Both the position numbers and the translations under genes were made by a program. Below are positions 25,566-36,699 of a stretch of 53,236 bases of DNA, piece after piece. Every line of letters begins with the position of its first letter. The stretch's first letter is position 1. The stretch covers positions 97,206,386-97,259,621 of the forward strand of contig NC_068987.1 in the NCBI RefSeq assembly GCF_001194135.2, written 5' to 3'. The stretch is from Octopus bimaculoides (lineage: Eukaryota). A model generated the notes under the pieces. That model ran no database searches and was not told the origin of the DNA. It saw only the letters and a list, made by a program, of their open reading frames with translations.

Positions 25566-26789
25566 TTTTTTGTTTATACTATTGCTAGCAGAAATCAGAG
25601 TTGATAAATCAACCTGGTCCAAAATACAAGTATAATGGGCACTTATTTAATTGCCTTTTTTTAAAATGTAAACGCAGCCCAATTAACTTAATTCTGATGT
25701 CAGTAAAAGCAAATTAAAAGAACCACAATATAAGTGCTGATATTTCACAAAGATTTATTGATAACGCGAGAAAAATAACTTCATTTCGTTAAAACTCGGC
25801 TTTCAGATTTTGACTTAAAGACTAAACAATTAATATATATGCCCTTATGAAACAGGTAAACATTTGATACACCGATCAAGTTGAGCTTCACATTTCAATG
25901 ATCCATAGCTATCTTTAGATGGAATTATATGCTGTTCGACTAAAACGTGAGGGAGGTACCATCTTTGGTACACAAAACTGCAGTCGCTGATACGGATACC
26001 ACTTTGAAACTTTTGTCATCAGAGCGATGCAGTCGTTTTTGATTTGCGTTTATAAGCATGAAACAAAAATCATTAATCACATTAGAAACATTAGCCAAAT
26101 AAGCGAAGTCAAGAGGTTCACTAAACTTTAGTAATTGGTAAGCTTGGCTGTTGTGAGGAATGAAAAAATAAAAAGTCTGAAGTTTCCGACAAAGCTGCTT
26201 TGATAGAGTTGTAAAGTGATGTAATGGACGATTGAAGTGTGAAGAAGTGAATAGGTTAAAAGGAGGAGGAGACAGGAAATAGATGAGAGGAGATTGCAGT
26301 GAATGAGAGATATAGAAAGTGAAGTGTAGGTTATGAGAGAGGAGGGTCGAGAGGGAAGGGTTAATGTGAGAGGTGGCATGAGATATGAATTACTTAGAGA
26401 GAGAGAGAGGGGGAGGGGAGAAAGAGAGCAAGAGAAAGGAGAGAGAGAGCAAGAGAGAGAGGGAAAGAGAACAAGATAGAGAGAAAGAGAGAGAGCAATA
26501 TATATATATATATAGAGAGAGAGAGGGAGAGGTGGCTCGTGTGAGGAGTAGTGGCAGGGAGGGCTTGCAGAATCAAGCTATACGCCAAGTACCCCATTTT
26601 CCACATACAAATAGTCTCGATACCAGTCGCTATCCTTTCCAAACATTTGAATTTCTCACATCTACAACGTTCTTCAGAAACGTGCGACAGCGTATCCCAT
26701 TACCAAGAAAGGGAGTTTCTCTCCGGCCAACTATATATATATATATATGTATATATATATGATAGATCGCTGACCAATACACATATATT

Positions 26790-26955
26790 TATTTTCTCTC
26801 CTTGTTTCTTTCTGCATTCCTTTCTGTTGAAGAGCGTAGGCTCGAAATGTTAAAGGCTTTCTCTATTCCCGAGCGTTATACTAATACATCCATTTGTTGT
26901 TTACACCGCCTGTCTTCGTCTGTTGTTTTTTCGTGAATTCTCCAATATATATATA
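26790..26955 (+). mobile_element. Second Penelope-like terminal repeat with a variant hammerhead-like motif (26819-26856)
   Basis: CCTTT-CTGTTGA-a-GAGC(gtag)GCTC-GAA-ATGT-T-AAAGG has the same architecture as 5663-5708 but with A6>U and ACGT>ATGT. Pyrimidine-rich upstream sequence; ends in (TA)n. Confidence 0.45.
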
Positions 26956-27774
26956 NNNNNNNNNNNNNNNNNNNNNNNNNNNNNNNNNNNNNNNNNNNNN
27001 NNNNNNNNNNNNNNNNNNNNNNNNNNNNNNNNNNNNNNNNNNNNNNNNNNNNNNNNNNNNNNNNNNNNNNNNNNNNNNNNNNNNNNNNNNNNNNNNNNNN
27101 NNNNNNNNNNNNNNNNNNNNNNNNNNNNNNNNNNNNNNNNNNNNNNNNNNNNNNNNNNNNNNNNNNNNNNNNNNNNNNNNNNNNNNNNNNNNNNNNNNNN
27201 NNNNNNNNNNNNNNNNNNNNNNNNNNNNNNNNNNNNNNNNNNNNNNNNNNNNNNNNNNNNNNNNNNNNNNNNNNNNNNNNNNNNNNNNNNNNNNNNNNNN
27301 NNNNNNNNNNNNNNNNNNNNNNNNNNNNNNNNNNNNNNNNNNNNNNNNNNNNNNNNNNNNNNNNNNNNNNNNNNNNNNNNNNNNNNNNNNNNNNNNNNNN
27401 NNNNNNNNNNNNNNNNNNNNNNNNNNNNNNNNNNNNNNNNNNNNNNNNNNNNNNNNNNNNNNNNNNNNNNNNNNNNNNNNNNNNNNNNNNNNNNNNNNNN
27501 NNNNCACTCAATATGTCATCTATTCAATAAGACATATTCCATATATTCAATAAGACATTCAATACTTTATTTCATTGTACCCTCCATTTTTATTTTATAT
27601 TATATATTGTATATTATATTATATATTGTATATTCCATATTCTATATCCCACATTGGTTTTGCAGGAATATAAATAAAACATAAAAAACAGACAGTGTTG
27701 GAACTCTTTTAAACAAAATAATATATTCCTCTATACACAATCATACAAAACCCCTTTTTTTGTATTTATTTTTA

Positions 27775-27831
<57 letters not shown>

Positions 27832-27899
27832 TTATATATACACACACAGTATATAACGTTGTGTGATTTTTATCACCCTGTCAATCTGCGGGTACGCGG

Positions 27900-27923
27900 C
27901 GGCGTCCGGCCGGCCGGACGCCG
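27900..27923. repeat. Perfect 24-bp GC-rich palindrome
   Basis: cggcgtccggccggccggacgccg equals its own reverse complement. Confidence 0.95.
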
Positions 27924-28081
27924 GCCGACCTTCTGCCTTTCAATCTACCTGTCAATCTGTGCGTCAATTTTCTATTCGTAACATGTTAAATAATTTATTT
28001 AAATGATTTATCTATCCTACCTGCTGTTGAAACGTCTTCCGGGATTCCAGAAATCGCCCTTTATGATCTATCTCTTGAACG

Positions 28082-28145
<64 letters not shown>

Positions 28146-28162
28146 GTCTATCTGTCTATCTG

Positions 28163-28207
<45 letters not shown>

Positions 28208-28208
<1 letters not shown>

Positions 28209-29195
28209 GAGAAGCATTACCCGTTCGGGATAAGCTTTACAGACACGGTTCGAGACACACCGGACCGACATGCCCGAGATGCGGTCAGAGCGACGAAACC
28301 GTTCTGCACGCACTCGTGCAGTGTCCAAAGATTTCCGACCTGTGGGCTTCTGCCGNNNNNNNNNNNNNNNNNNNNNNNNNNNNNNNNNNNNNNNNNNNNN
28401 NNNNNNNNNNNNNNNNNNNNNNNNNNNNNNNNNNNNNNNNNNNNNNNNNNNNNNNNNNNNNNNNNNNNNNNNNNNNNNNNNNNNNNNNNNNNNNNNNNNN
28501 NNNNNNNNNNNNNNNNNNNNNNNNNNNNNNNNNNNNNNNNNNNNNNNNNNNNNNNNNNNNNNNNNNNNNNNNNNNNNNNNNNNNNNNNNNNNNNNNNNNN
28601 NNNNNNNNNNNNNNNNNNNNNNNNNNNNNNNNNNNNNNNNNNNNNNNNNNNNNNNNNNNNNNNNNNNNNNNNNNNNNNNNNNNNNNNNNNNNNNNNNNNN
28701 NNNNNNNNNNNNNNNNNNNNNNNNNNNNNNNNNNNNNNNNNNNNNNNNNNNNNNNNNNNNNNNNNNNNNNNNNNNNNNNNNNNNNNNNNNNNNNNNNNNN
28801 NNNNNNNNNNNNNNNNNNNNNNNNNNNNNNNNNNNNNNNNNNNNNNNNNNNNNNNNNNNNNNNNNNNNNNGAGCATGATCCTATAAATCGAGAAAAAAAA
28901 AAATTAAAAAAAAGAGAGTGAGAGAGAGAGCACTTCGCTCTCATGTGTCTATTCCCTGCTGAGGTTACCATGGTCTTTTCCGAAGGCTTTTCTCTCCATG
29001 GATAAACCTAATGTTACCCCATTTTACACAATTGACATTTTCTGTGATATACGATACCCCCCCCTTTTTCTTTCTTTTTTGCCCCTACCGATCCCTTTTG
29101 ATCGGATTTGTTTTTTTTCTTTTCTTAAAGAAAAGCTCTACAGTTGTATTTGTCCGCTCTGTGTGCAGCCCTGTATGGCTAATAAAAGAAAGTTA
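28208..29195 (+). mobile_element. 5'-truncated L1/Tx1-type LINE (zf-RVT zinc knuckle plus 3' UTR), interrupted by an assembly gap
   Basis: 28208-28355 translates as [49 protein letters not shown] (C-x2-C-x8-H-x4-C). The post-gap UTR ends with AATAAA at 29181. (TATC)n lies on both sides. Confidence 0.8.
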
Positions 29196-29522
29196 TCTAT
29201 TTATCTATCTATCTATCTATCTACCTGTCTGTAAGTATGTAAGTATGTATGTATGCTGAAGAAATTGGAACGTTCAATGCCTCACAGTGAGCAGTGGTTT
29301 CATTCCAAGGATGGGATTGAAAAATAAAAGCTGGTCGCTGTGAGGAATTGAAGCTTTCAATTCTCACAGTAAACATTTACCCTATTAACGCTTAGAATAC
29401 TCTGTCTCAGAGGCAGTAGAACATCATGCACTCAAATTGCTCTTATATTCTCTATCTGTCTGCATGACTCCTTTTCTCATTTGCATTGACTGTTTCTGTC
29501 ACACAGACACCGTTTCACGCAC

Positions 29523-29610
29523 ACACGCACGCACGTACGTACGTACGAACGCACGCACGTACATACGTACGAACGCACGCACGTACATACGTACGAACGC
29601 ACGCACGTAC
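29523..29610 (+). repeat. 24-bp minisatellite built from 4-mers
   Basis: About 3.5 copies of acgcacgcacgtacatacgtacga. Confidence 0.85.
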
Positions 29611-29851
29611 ACAGAGGCTTGTATATATGTAAATTCGCATGTAAGTCTTACGTGCTGCTTATTACCAGAAAAATATTTTTTCTGAATAAGTCTTGGCTAT
29701 TGCCATGTTAAAGACTGCTAACTCGACAAATGTTTTAAAGAATGTATACTATCACAGAAGTTTCGAGTGGTTCAAAAAGCCTAAACAAGACCACTTCACA
29801 TCTAAGTGCAGCTTTTAAGTGTGTACAACCTATTTGTACATATATACATAC

Positions 29852-29919
<68 letters not shown>

Positions 29920-30032
29920 GAATATGTGGGTATGTACGTGCTTTATGTTTGTATATATGTCTTTATAACATGTGTGTTTATGTAACGCTCCAATTTGTCC
30001 CTCTACATTGTATAGTTATGACGATGCCTAGT

Positions 30033-30066
<34 letters not shown>

Positions 30067-30655
30067 GTGTGTGTGTGCGTATATTTATATACATATGTAT
30101 ATATACACTCACACATACACACATACATATGTACATATATGATATGCATACTACGTAAATGTACCCCCACCCACAAATATCTATATGCTCCTTTAATCGG
30201 GAGAAAGTTATAAAATTGACTTAAGGGAAGAGAGTTTCGTGCATGACAGTTAATAAACTGACCCAATAAACTGATTTCAAAACTGGAAACGTCTTTCTTT
30301 TATAAAATGAATTGCATCTCTTTCCGGAATATTCCATTTGATCCTCTAAGAAATTTCTTAGTGGTGCTACACCAATGTAGCCACAAATTAAAGACTGAAA
30401 CCGGTGAAATTCTAACTAAAACAACAGACAGACAGACACGCACACACACATACACACACACACAAAAATTGCATGAGTTTCGGTTCAAATCTTGTCAATG
30501 ACATAATAATATATTCTCGTTTTTTTTTTTTTCTAATTGCTGTAAGACCAACTTACGATAGGTAGTTTAATCTTGTTTTATTTTTATTGTTGCGGTGGTC
30601 TGTAGAAAAGCCAGCTCAGATAGACGAAATAGTTAGTGCCAAAATATAAATCTTG

Positions 30656-30827
30656 CAGTTCTATATTTAAGAGATGAGGACTTATATACATTATTTACAT
30701 TTGACGGATATTTGTCCTCATCTTGTAAGTTGTTAACACAACGTTTCAGCTGATATACCTTCCAGCCTTCTTCAGGTGTCTTGGGGAAATTTCGAACCTG
30801 GGTTCTTATTCCTAAGGTATTTTTCGA

Positions 30828-30873
<46 letters not shown>

Positions 30874-30951
30874 GTTATTCAGGTCACTGCCTGGAATCGA
30901 ATTCGGAGTCTTGGGGTTAGTAGCCGGCGCTCTTAACCACTACGCCATATG
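30656..30951 (-). mobile_element. tRNA-headed non-autonomous element with Penelope-like 3' repeat containing a hammerhead motif
   Basis: Minus strand: tRNA-like head 30951-30881 (A box TGGCGTAGTGG, B-box-like GAATTCGATTCC), then (AAT)n, then a ~180-bp body shared with 5598-5765 that contains CTGAAGA...GAAACGTT. Confidence 0.65.
30736..30780 (-). ncRNA. Minimal type I hammerhead ribozyme-like motif
   Basis: gACAC-CTGAAGA-a-GGCTG(gaaggtatat)CAGCT-GAA-ACGT-T-GTGT on the minus strand. Confidence 0.5.
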
Positions 30952-30952
30952 T

Positions 30953-31050
30953 TGAAGGCTGGAGGGTATATCAGCCGAAACTTTGTGTTAACAACAAACA
31001 AGATGAGGACAAATATCCGTCAAATGTAAATAATGTAAATAATGTATATA
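30953..31050 (+). mobile_element. Inverted, 5'-truncated copy of the same Penelope-like terminal repeat abutting the element's 5' end
   Basis: tgaaggctggagggtatatcagccgaaactttgtgttaacaacaaacaagatgaggacaaatatccgtcaaatgtaaataatgt is the reverse complement of 30690-30770. Confidence 0.75.
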
Positions 31051-31786
31051 AATCTTGGTTTAATATTTCTCTTCATCAAAATCTCGCCTTTACCTACAAA
31101 CAAACTATATCAAAGTCAATTAGTATGGACAACAGCTAGCAGCTGGGTAGTTGTCCCTGTTTTGCGTCAATGCCTAAGATAATTAGATCATGAGGAAAGC
31201 AAAAGATGCTTCCTACATAGTACAATGTACAGAGTTTCTTATTCCATCAAACTGTAATAGAACCTTCTAGTCTCTTACTATGAAGATCACAACTAAAAAT
31301 GCAATGTCCACTCACAGTCAAGATATTTATCAACTGTACCCGCATGCAGCTGATAAATATCGAAAAATTTCACCGGTCATTTTCGTTCAACAAGGACTAT
31401 TTCCACGGCCTCCTTTCCATTTTCCTTTTGCAGTATGTTCGGTAGATAACTTCACTCTTCATCTAACTATTCAATGTTTACGAGGATTTCAGCTTATCCG
31501 TGGAAACACCAGACAGTGCCTATGTCAGTTATCAATTTATTGTCTTCATTTCCAGCATCCCAAAGTTGATGGGGGCAACCGTAAATGAAGAGCTCTTTTA
31601 TCCCCTAGAGTTTATCTCCTTCACCAGATTGGAAAAAAATATGGTTTGTGTAGATACAAACTCACTTGAGGATCTCTTTCACACTCCGCACAGTAGCTGT
31701 CTCCTACATTTAAAAAACTTCCGAATTCGATAAATTAAGTACCAGTTCTGTACTGGGATCTATTCTTTTTGTTTAAGTCTTTCTTT

Positions 31787-32017
31787 CTTATTTCTTTACT
31801 GCTCACAAGGAGCTACACACAGAGCGGACAAACAAGGGCAGTAAAACGGATTAAGTCGATTATATCGACCCCAGTGTGTAACTGGTACTTATTTAATCGA
31901 CCCCGAAAGGAGGAAAGGCAAAGTCGACCTGGGCGGAATTTGAACTCAGAACGTGGCTTTAGACGAAATACTGTTAAGCATTTCGCCCCGCGTGCTAACG
32001 GTTCTGCCAGCTCGCCT
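31787..32017 (-). mobile_element. Nin/Deu-like SINE, tail B
   Basis: Reverse complement similar to 9198-9430. Confidence 0.8.
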
Positions 32018-32863
32018 CCTTTGTTTAAGTTTTTCTTTCTGTCTGACTCTTATCCTCCTTCTGGAAGAATCACCTGGAGTCAGATCAGGAGGAAGGTGGA
32101 TAGTATTAGATCTAAAAACACCTAAGCACACCATATATCCCCACGCCCACCTACAAATCCGTCAAAGCAACAGATACCGGAAATTATTTTTGGCACGGTT
32201 TGAAATCGAAAACAATCTAACTGGACTAAAGGTAACACTTGAAGGAACACTAATACTCATACCTGACATAAGCATAGCGCCTCAGACTTATGAAATAGCT
32301 ACACCTGGGGACCGAAACCGGTTTGGTGACACTTCTCTCTACCAACACGTGCTAAAATTACAAGCTATTTTAGGTAAAATACCGTTATTATAAGACAAGG
32401 CAGCGAGCGGTGTACACACACACACAAACACACACACGGTTATATTTCTTTCCCTGCGAATCGCTTTGGTCACTATTCTGTGACTAAGACAGAAGTAGGT
32501 CTTGGAGTTTAGGCATTCTCTCACATATTTCTATTATTAAGTCGGTAAGTTATCCATGGTTGTCACTAAATCACGTTTTAAAATCATTTACTCATTTTAG
32601 TACCTGAAGAAAATGGGAAAAAAGAAGTCGCTAATTATAAACGGTGATATACTGTAACATTTCACATTTGTATACATACACACACATATGCACACATATG
32701 CACATACAGACACACACATGCACGCACACATATAAATACAAACCACGAAATGAAACACACTGTTTTCAAAAGTGTAGTTAGTGGAACATTAAGGAATAAA
32801 GAGAGAGAAAACATAGTGACCTAAGCGTGTATCTATGCATGCCCGCCTGCTTGCATAATGTTA

Positions 32864-33049
32864 TACTCTTTAGCTTTTACTTGTCTCAGTCATTGGACAG
32901 CAGCCATTCTGGGGCTCTGCGTTGAAGGATTTAGTTGAAAAGATCGGCTTCAGTACATGCTTTTGAGTCTGGTGGTACTTATTGTACGGTTACTCTTGCC
33001 GAACCGATAAATTATGGGGACGTAAGCAAACCAATACAGCTCCTCAACT

Positions 33050-33089
<40 letters not shown>

Positions 33090-33255
33090 TATATATGACG
33101 GGCTTCTATCAGTTTCTTGCTATCAAAACCACTCTTAAGGCTTTGGCCGACCCGGGGCTATAGTAGAAAGCACTTGCTCAGGTGCCACGCAGTGGGCCTG
33201 AAACTGGAATTATGTTGTTGGGAAGCAACTTCTTACTATACAGTCTCGCCTGCGT
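32864..33255 (-). mobile_element. CORE-like tRNA SINE with internal microsatellite, full length
   Basis: On the minus strand: head (tRNA-like, ...gcacctgagcaagtg...gaagcccgtc), then (TG)n, then tail (...cggttcggcaagag...aataagtac...aatgactgagacaagtaaaag). Confidence 0.7.
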
Positions 33256-33819
33256 CTACACTGATAAATTTTAATTAAAATACTTCAAAATTATAAAGTA
33301 TACAAATCGTCGCAATTAAAATACTTTATAAAAGTACACCCCCACTTACCTCACTTTACCTCACAAACACACATTAACACGTATATACTCATCGTCACAC
33401 ATACACACATACTCATTCACAAGTATACAGTTACAGATATTTCTTTTCTATGAGGTCCTGATTATAATTTCTTCTCATGAGTAAAATAGTGTAAAAAAAT
33501 ACTACACCAGATTCATCCTGGTACAGACCCTTTATTAGTAGGCAGTAGGGGTCGCATGAGACGATCGTAATTGTCATATCTCTTTATCTCACGGGACAAA
33601 ATCGGAAGTTGTACTTTAACTGAGAGTTAATGGCACCTGACTACTTGTCAGGCAACACGTACTATATCAATAATAGTGACAACAACAACGACAAGAACAT
33701 TAACAACTGAAGCAGCAGCAACAACAACAACAGTAGTTACATCAACTGAAGTGACTTGCCAGTGTGAACGCCAAATCGCGGCTTTAAGAGCAGTTAGAAA
33801 TACCAGTCCATTCTGCTGG

Positions 33820-34090
33820 TATCTTTCATCGCTTGCTTGTTTCAGTCGTTGGACTGCGGCCATGCTGGGGCACCGCATTGAAGGATTTAGCGGATCAAAT
33901 CGACTTCAGTACTTATTCTTATTTTGTATTCTGTCGGCTTCCTTTTGCCGAACCGCTGTGTTACGAACTTAGGGGAATGCAAACAAACCAACACCATTAT
34001 CAAATGGTGGTGGTGACACGCTCATATATATTCTTTAATTTTATTTCGCTTGTTTCAGTCATTTGACCTGCGGCCATGCTGGAGTACACC
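33820..34090 (-). mobile_element. CORE-like SINE tail fragments
   Basis: cttgtttcagtcgttggactgcggccatgctgg and cttgtttcagtcatttgacctgcggccatgctgg. Confidence 0.6.
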
Positions 34091-34160
34091 ATATATATAT
34101 GCATGTATGTATGTGTGTGTATGTATATATATATATATATATATATGTATATTCACCCTC

Positions 34161-34207
<47 letters not shown>

Positions 34208-34557
34208 NNNNNNNNNNNNNNNNNNNNNNNNNNNNNNNNNNNNNNNNNNNNNNNNNNNNNNNNNNNNNNNNNNNNNNNNNNNNNNNNNNNNNNNNNNNNN
34301 NNNNNNNNNNNNNNNNNNNNNNNNNNNNNNNNNNNNNNNNNNNNNNNNNNNNNNNNNNNNNNNNNNNNNNNNNNNNNNNNNNNNNNNNNNNNNNNNNNNN
34401 NNNNNNNNNNNNNNNNNNNNNNNNNNNNNNNNNNNNNNNNNNNNNNNNNNNNNNNNNNNNNNNNNNNNNNNNNNNNNNNNNNNNNNNNNNNNNNNNNNNN
34501 NNNNNNNNNNNNNNNNNNNNNNNNNNNNNNNNNNNNNNNNNNNNNNNNNNNNNNNNN

Positions 34558-35605
34558 AAGTTCAAATCCCGCCAATATCGACTTTGCCTTTCATCTTTTC
34601 GAGGATGATAAAATAAGTACCAGTTGAATACTGGGGTTCATATAATTGACTTATCCCTTTGCCCACAAATGTCTGGCCTTGTGCCAAAATTAGAATGAAC
34701 CATTATTATCGTTATTACTTTTAAGGTGGCGTGCTAGCAGAATCGTTAGCATGCTGGCCGAAATGCTTAGCATTATTTCACCGGTCGCTACATCCTGAGT
34801 TCAAATTCCACCGAGGTCGACTTTGCCTTTCATCCTTTTGGGGTCGATGAATTAAGTACGAGTTACGCACTTGAATTGATGTAATCGACTCATCCCCTCC
34901 CACAAAATTTCAGGCCTTGTGCCTCTAACAGAAAGGATTACTTATTACTTTTAAGGCAGCGAGTTGGCAGAATCGTTAGCAAGCCGGACGAAATGTTTAG
35001 CGGTATTTCATCCGCTGTTACGTTCTGAGTTCAAATTCCACCGAGGTCAACTTTGCCTTTCATCCTTTCAGGGTCGATAAATTAAGTACCAGTTACGCAC
35101 TGGGGTCGATGTAATCGACTTAATCCCTTTGTCTGTCCTTGTCTCTCCCCTCTATGTTTAGCCCCTTGTGAGCAATAAAGAAATAAGAATCGTTGGCAAA
35201 ATGTTTAGCGGTATTTCGTCCGTCTTTACGTTCTAGGTTCAAATTCCGCTGCAGTCGACTTTGCCTTTCATGCTTTTGGGGTCGATAAATAAAGTACCAG
35301 TGAAACACTGGGGTCAATTACATCGACTAGTCCCCTCCTCCAAAATTTCAGGCATTGTGCCTATAGTAGAAAGGATTACTACTTTTAAAGGCAGCGAACT
35401 AGCAGAAACGTTAACACGCCGGGACAAATGCTTAGCAGTACTTCGCCCGTCTTTACTCTCCGAGTTCAAATTTCGCTGAGGTCGACTTTACTTTTCATCC
35501 TTCCGAGATCGATAAAATAAATACCAGTTGAACACTGGGGTCAATTTAATTGACATATACCCTCCCCGATCTTGCTGGTCTGTCACCAAAATTTGAAATC
35601 CTTAT
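34558..35605 (+). mobile_element. Tandem array of five Nin/Deu-like SINEs with mixed tails
   Basis: Units start near 34558, 34722, 34953, 35186 and 35388, with attac/ttac-ttttaa linkers. Confidence 0.85.
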
Positions 35606-35849
35606 TATTATTATTACTTTTAATTGAATCACATGTAGTATTGTGAGAGAAAAATTGCAATTACAAAATACATAGCTAATGATTCGATGCATAAAAAGCA
35701 GATGTCGTTTGAGGAATCAGAAAAGAATAAACAAAAAAAGTTATGAATAGTGAAATCAATTACACTTGTTTTAATAAACTTTGATAACTTCTTTGTTCCA
35801 GCTTTCGTGATCTTCTAAAAATTTGGAAATTCTTATGTTGACTATAATA

Positions 35850-36110
35850 GCCGAGTTGCGTGGCTTAGTGATTAGGGTGTTGGACTCATGATCGTAAGAG
35901 TGTGGTTTTGATTCCATTACCAGGCGATGCGTTGTATTCTCGAGTAAAACATTTCATTTCACGTTGCTGCACTTTAATAGCTCGGAAAAATGAGTAATCC
36001 TGCGACGGACCAGCATTCTATCTGTGCAGGGTTTATATATACGCCTTAGAAATAAGGAAACCGGCCCTATGGGTCTATATAACGCAAGAAGGATCTTTAT
36101 CCTACTTCAC
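35850..36110 (+). mobile_element. Decayed tRNA-derived SINE, fourth family
   Basis: gtggcttagtgattagggtgttggactcatgatcgtaag head, then cctgcgacggaccagc (V-domain-like). Confidence 0.5.
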
Positions 36111-36699
36111 TGTGATCTACAGATATACCTTTTGATTCATACAATTCTCCGAGTTTGTCTTTTATAATGGTATACGCGAAATTCTGTCCGTCCGTCTGGA
36201 ACCCCTGTATCCCAGTCTATATTTGCTCTACATAGACATATTATAACTTTTTGGAATCAGGATGATCTCGGGATTGAAAGTCTATCCTTCATTTGGTTTA
36301 GAACAACCAGCATTGGGATCTGATTTAAAAGCATTTGGATTGCTATTTCTAGCAGGTAAATCTTGGCTGATTTACACCATCCTGGTTGGCATTTGTAAGA
36401 TGACGTCAGAGACCAAAGTGGGAGATAAATGAGATTCGCTTCGTTAATTTTGCGTCGAAATAAGAAATTTGGGACAAACTGGCCAAGAGTTGCAATTCGA
36501 CTTGGGACATATAGTCATTTTAGACGTATTATAGTCATGCTATTTAGCTCTCTTTAGTTTTGTGTCGCAGGAACAACTAGCCCTCCGCAGGAGCTAGCAT
36601 AAAAGTCCGCACGAACTTGATAAAAGAGAACTGAATCCAGATTCATACAATTATGCCGATGCAAATGAAATAAGGACAAAATCTCTTAAGTGTAAAATT

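Noticed and set aside
34558-35605. CRISPR-like repeat-spacer array
   Set aside because: Units are ~200-bp SINE copies in a eukaryotic genome, with no short constant repeats separated by unique spacers and no cas genes.
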